Shown one piece after another: positions 62,804 to 64,000 of a stretch of 64,000 bases of DNA. Within the stretch, counting starts at the first letter, position 1. Each line of letters begins with the position of its first letter. A program made the position numbers and the translations under genes. Origin of the DNA: Rhizobium sp. Q54 (GTDB lineage Bacteria; Pseudomonadota; Alphaproteobacteria; UBA2966; CAIVPW01); NCBI GenBank assembly GCA_945904955.1, contig CAMDPO010000006.1:6232-70231 (forward strand). The letters run 5' to 3'. Under the pieces are notes generated by a model. The model worked only from the letters and a program-made list of their open reading frames with translations. It searched no databases and had not been told where the DNA came from.

Positions 62804-63847
62804 ATGGAACTTGCCCCTTGGGTCCTTCCCGTCGCGGGAGCCGTCGCAGCCGGCGTGCTCGTCACCCTCCTGGTATTCGTCATCGTCGAGACGGCGCGCG
62901 TCGCCAAGCTGCGCGACATGTTCATCGAGCTCGGCGCCGCCCAGGAGGTCATCCACAACACCATCCGCGAGCGGCTGAGCGACCTCGGCACCCGCGTCGG
63001 CGAGGGCCTGGGCCGTTCCGACAAGACCATTGGCGAGATCCGCGAGCGGCTGGCCGTCATCGACGAGGCGCAGAAGAACCTGGTCCAACTGTCCACCCAG
63101 GTGGTCGGCTTGCAGGACATCCTGTCGAACAAGCAGGCGCGCGGCGCGTTCGGCGAGGTCCAGCTCAAGGACCTGATCGAGGCGGCGCTGCCGCCGGGCG
63201 CCTACGCTTTTCAGAAGACCCTGTCGAACGGCAAGCGCTGCGACTGCATGATCCACCTGCCCAACCCGCCGGGCCCGATCGCCGTCGACGCCAAGTTTCC
63301 GCTCGAGAGCTACCAGGCGCTGCGCAATGCAAAGGACGACGTGGCGCGCGTCAATGCGACGCGCTCTTTCACCCGCGACATCACGACCCATATCGTCGAC
63401 ATCGCCGAGCGCTACATCGTGCAGAACGAGACCGCCGAGTCGGCGCTCCTGTTCCTGCCGTCCGAGGCGATCTATGCCGAGCTGCACTCCAACTTCCGCG
63501 GCGTCATCGAAGAGTCCTACCGGCGCAAGGTCTACATCGTCTCGCCCACCACCCTGTGGGCGGTGCTGAACACCATCCGCGCCATCCTGCGCGACGTGCG
63601 CATGCGCGAGCAGGCGGCGGTCATCCAGCGCGAGGTGCTGGTGCTGCTCGAGGACGTGCGGCGGCTGGACGAGCGCGTCACCAAGGTCGGCAACAACTTC
63701 GACACCACCACCCGCAGCTTCAGCGACGTGCGCATCTCGCTGGAGAAGATCCAGCGCCGGGCGGAGAAGATCCGCGAGGTCGATCTGACGGTGGAGGACC
63801 CACCCGCGGTCGAGCAGCGCGCTCCCACCCTGTTCCCGGGGCAGTAG
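62804..63847 (+). CDS. rmuC: DNA recombination protein RmuC
   Basis: Start MELAPWVLPVAGAVAAGVLV (TM) at 62804, a coiled-coil, then QARGAFGEVQL, VDAKFPLE, FLPSEAIY and IVSPTTLWA. Confidence 0.9.
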   Translation: MELAPWVLPVAGAVAAGVLVTLLVFVIVETARVAKLRDMFIELGAAQEVIHNTIRERLSDLGTRVGEGLGRSDKTIGEIRERLAVIDEAQKNLVQLSTQVVGLQDILSNKQARGAFGEVQLKDLIEAALPPGAYAFQKTLSNGKRCDCMIHLPNPPGPIAVDAKFPLESYQALRNAKDDVARVNATRSFTRDITTHIVDIAERYIVQNETAESALLFLPSEAIYAELHSNFRGVIEESYRRKVYIVSPTTLWAVLNTIRAILRDVRMREQAAVIQREVLVLLEDVRRLDERVTKVGNNFDTTTRSFSDVRISLEKIQRRAEKIREVDLTVEDPPAVEQRAPTLFPGQ

Positions 63848-63991
63848 AGCACTGCGATCATTCCGAGCTGCGTCACGCACATGACGCAGCTTTGTCATTA
63901 CGCCCTGCGCATGTTCCAGGCTAATCCTCGGCCGTGCCGAGGGGCGCGCTACCGCGCGACGCGCGGCCCTGCAGCTTTGAAGGAGTGCACC

Positions 63992-64000
63992 ATGACCATG
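63992..64000 (+). CDS. First three codons (MTM) of an unidentified gene running off the window
   Basis: AAGGAG SD lies 6 nt upstream of the ATG at 63992. Only 9 nt are visible, so no product can be called. Confidence 0.3.

Noticed and set aside
62636-63924. 420-aa (-) and 418-aa (+, off-frame) ORFs over rmuC
   Set aside because: The RmuC frame (62804..63847) carries the family motifs; the others are shadow or out-of-frame readings.

Overview
A high-GC (about 68-70%) chromosomal segment whose gene content and local synteny look alphaproteobacterial: lysC/ubiG divergent, argJ/secA divergent, DUF4167-prmC-prfA, DUF1178, aroK-aroB/xerD. About 60 protein genes and one tRNA-Val(GAC) can be supported. 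I saw no rRNA, CRISPR array, transposase or prophage. Most of it is housekeeping: clpB, secA, hisS, prfA, prmC, ispG, lysC, ubiG, argJ, accA, aroKB, xerD, rodZ, rmuC, bolA. Between these are accessory-looking modules. (1) A class III nucleotide cyclase followed by an ABC exporter with a C-terminal cNMP-binding domain, divergent from a transglutaminase-like plus secreted Kelch pair. (2) An AmmeMemoRadiSam locus with Memo and AMMECR1 fused into one protein. (3) A divergent PQQ dehydrogenase with the D-Y-D lanthanide signature but no vicinal Cys-Cys, co-oriented with a periplasmic pentapeptide-repeat protein and facing a cytochrome c that has a 3 x 27-bp in-frame tandem repeat in its signal peptide. 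(4) A dedA-copA-cytochrome c insertion with a MerR/CueR-type 19-bp-spacer promoter. (5) A translationally coupled pair of paralogous secreted/lipoprotein genes with no recognisable domain. Two genes, DUF1003 and ycaQ-like, appear disrupted by single-base frame shifts. Many very long ORFs in the track are antisense shadow ORFs typical of high-GC DNA and were rejected. All functional calls come from reading motifs in the translations; no database search was run.
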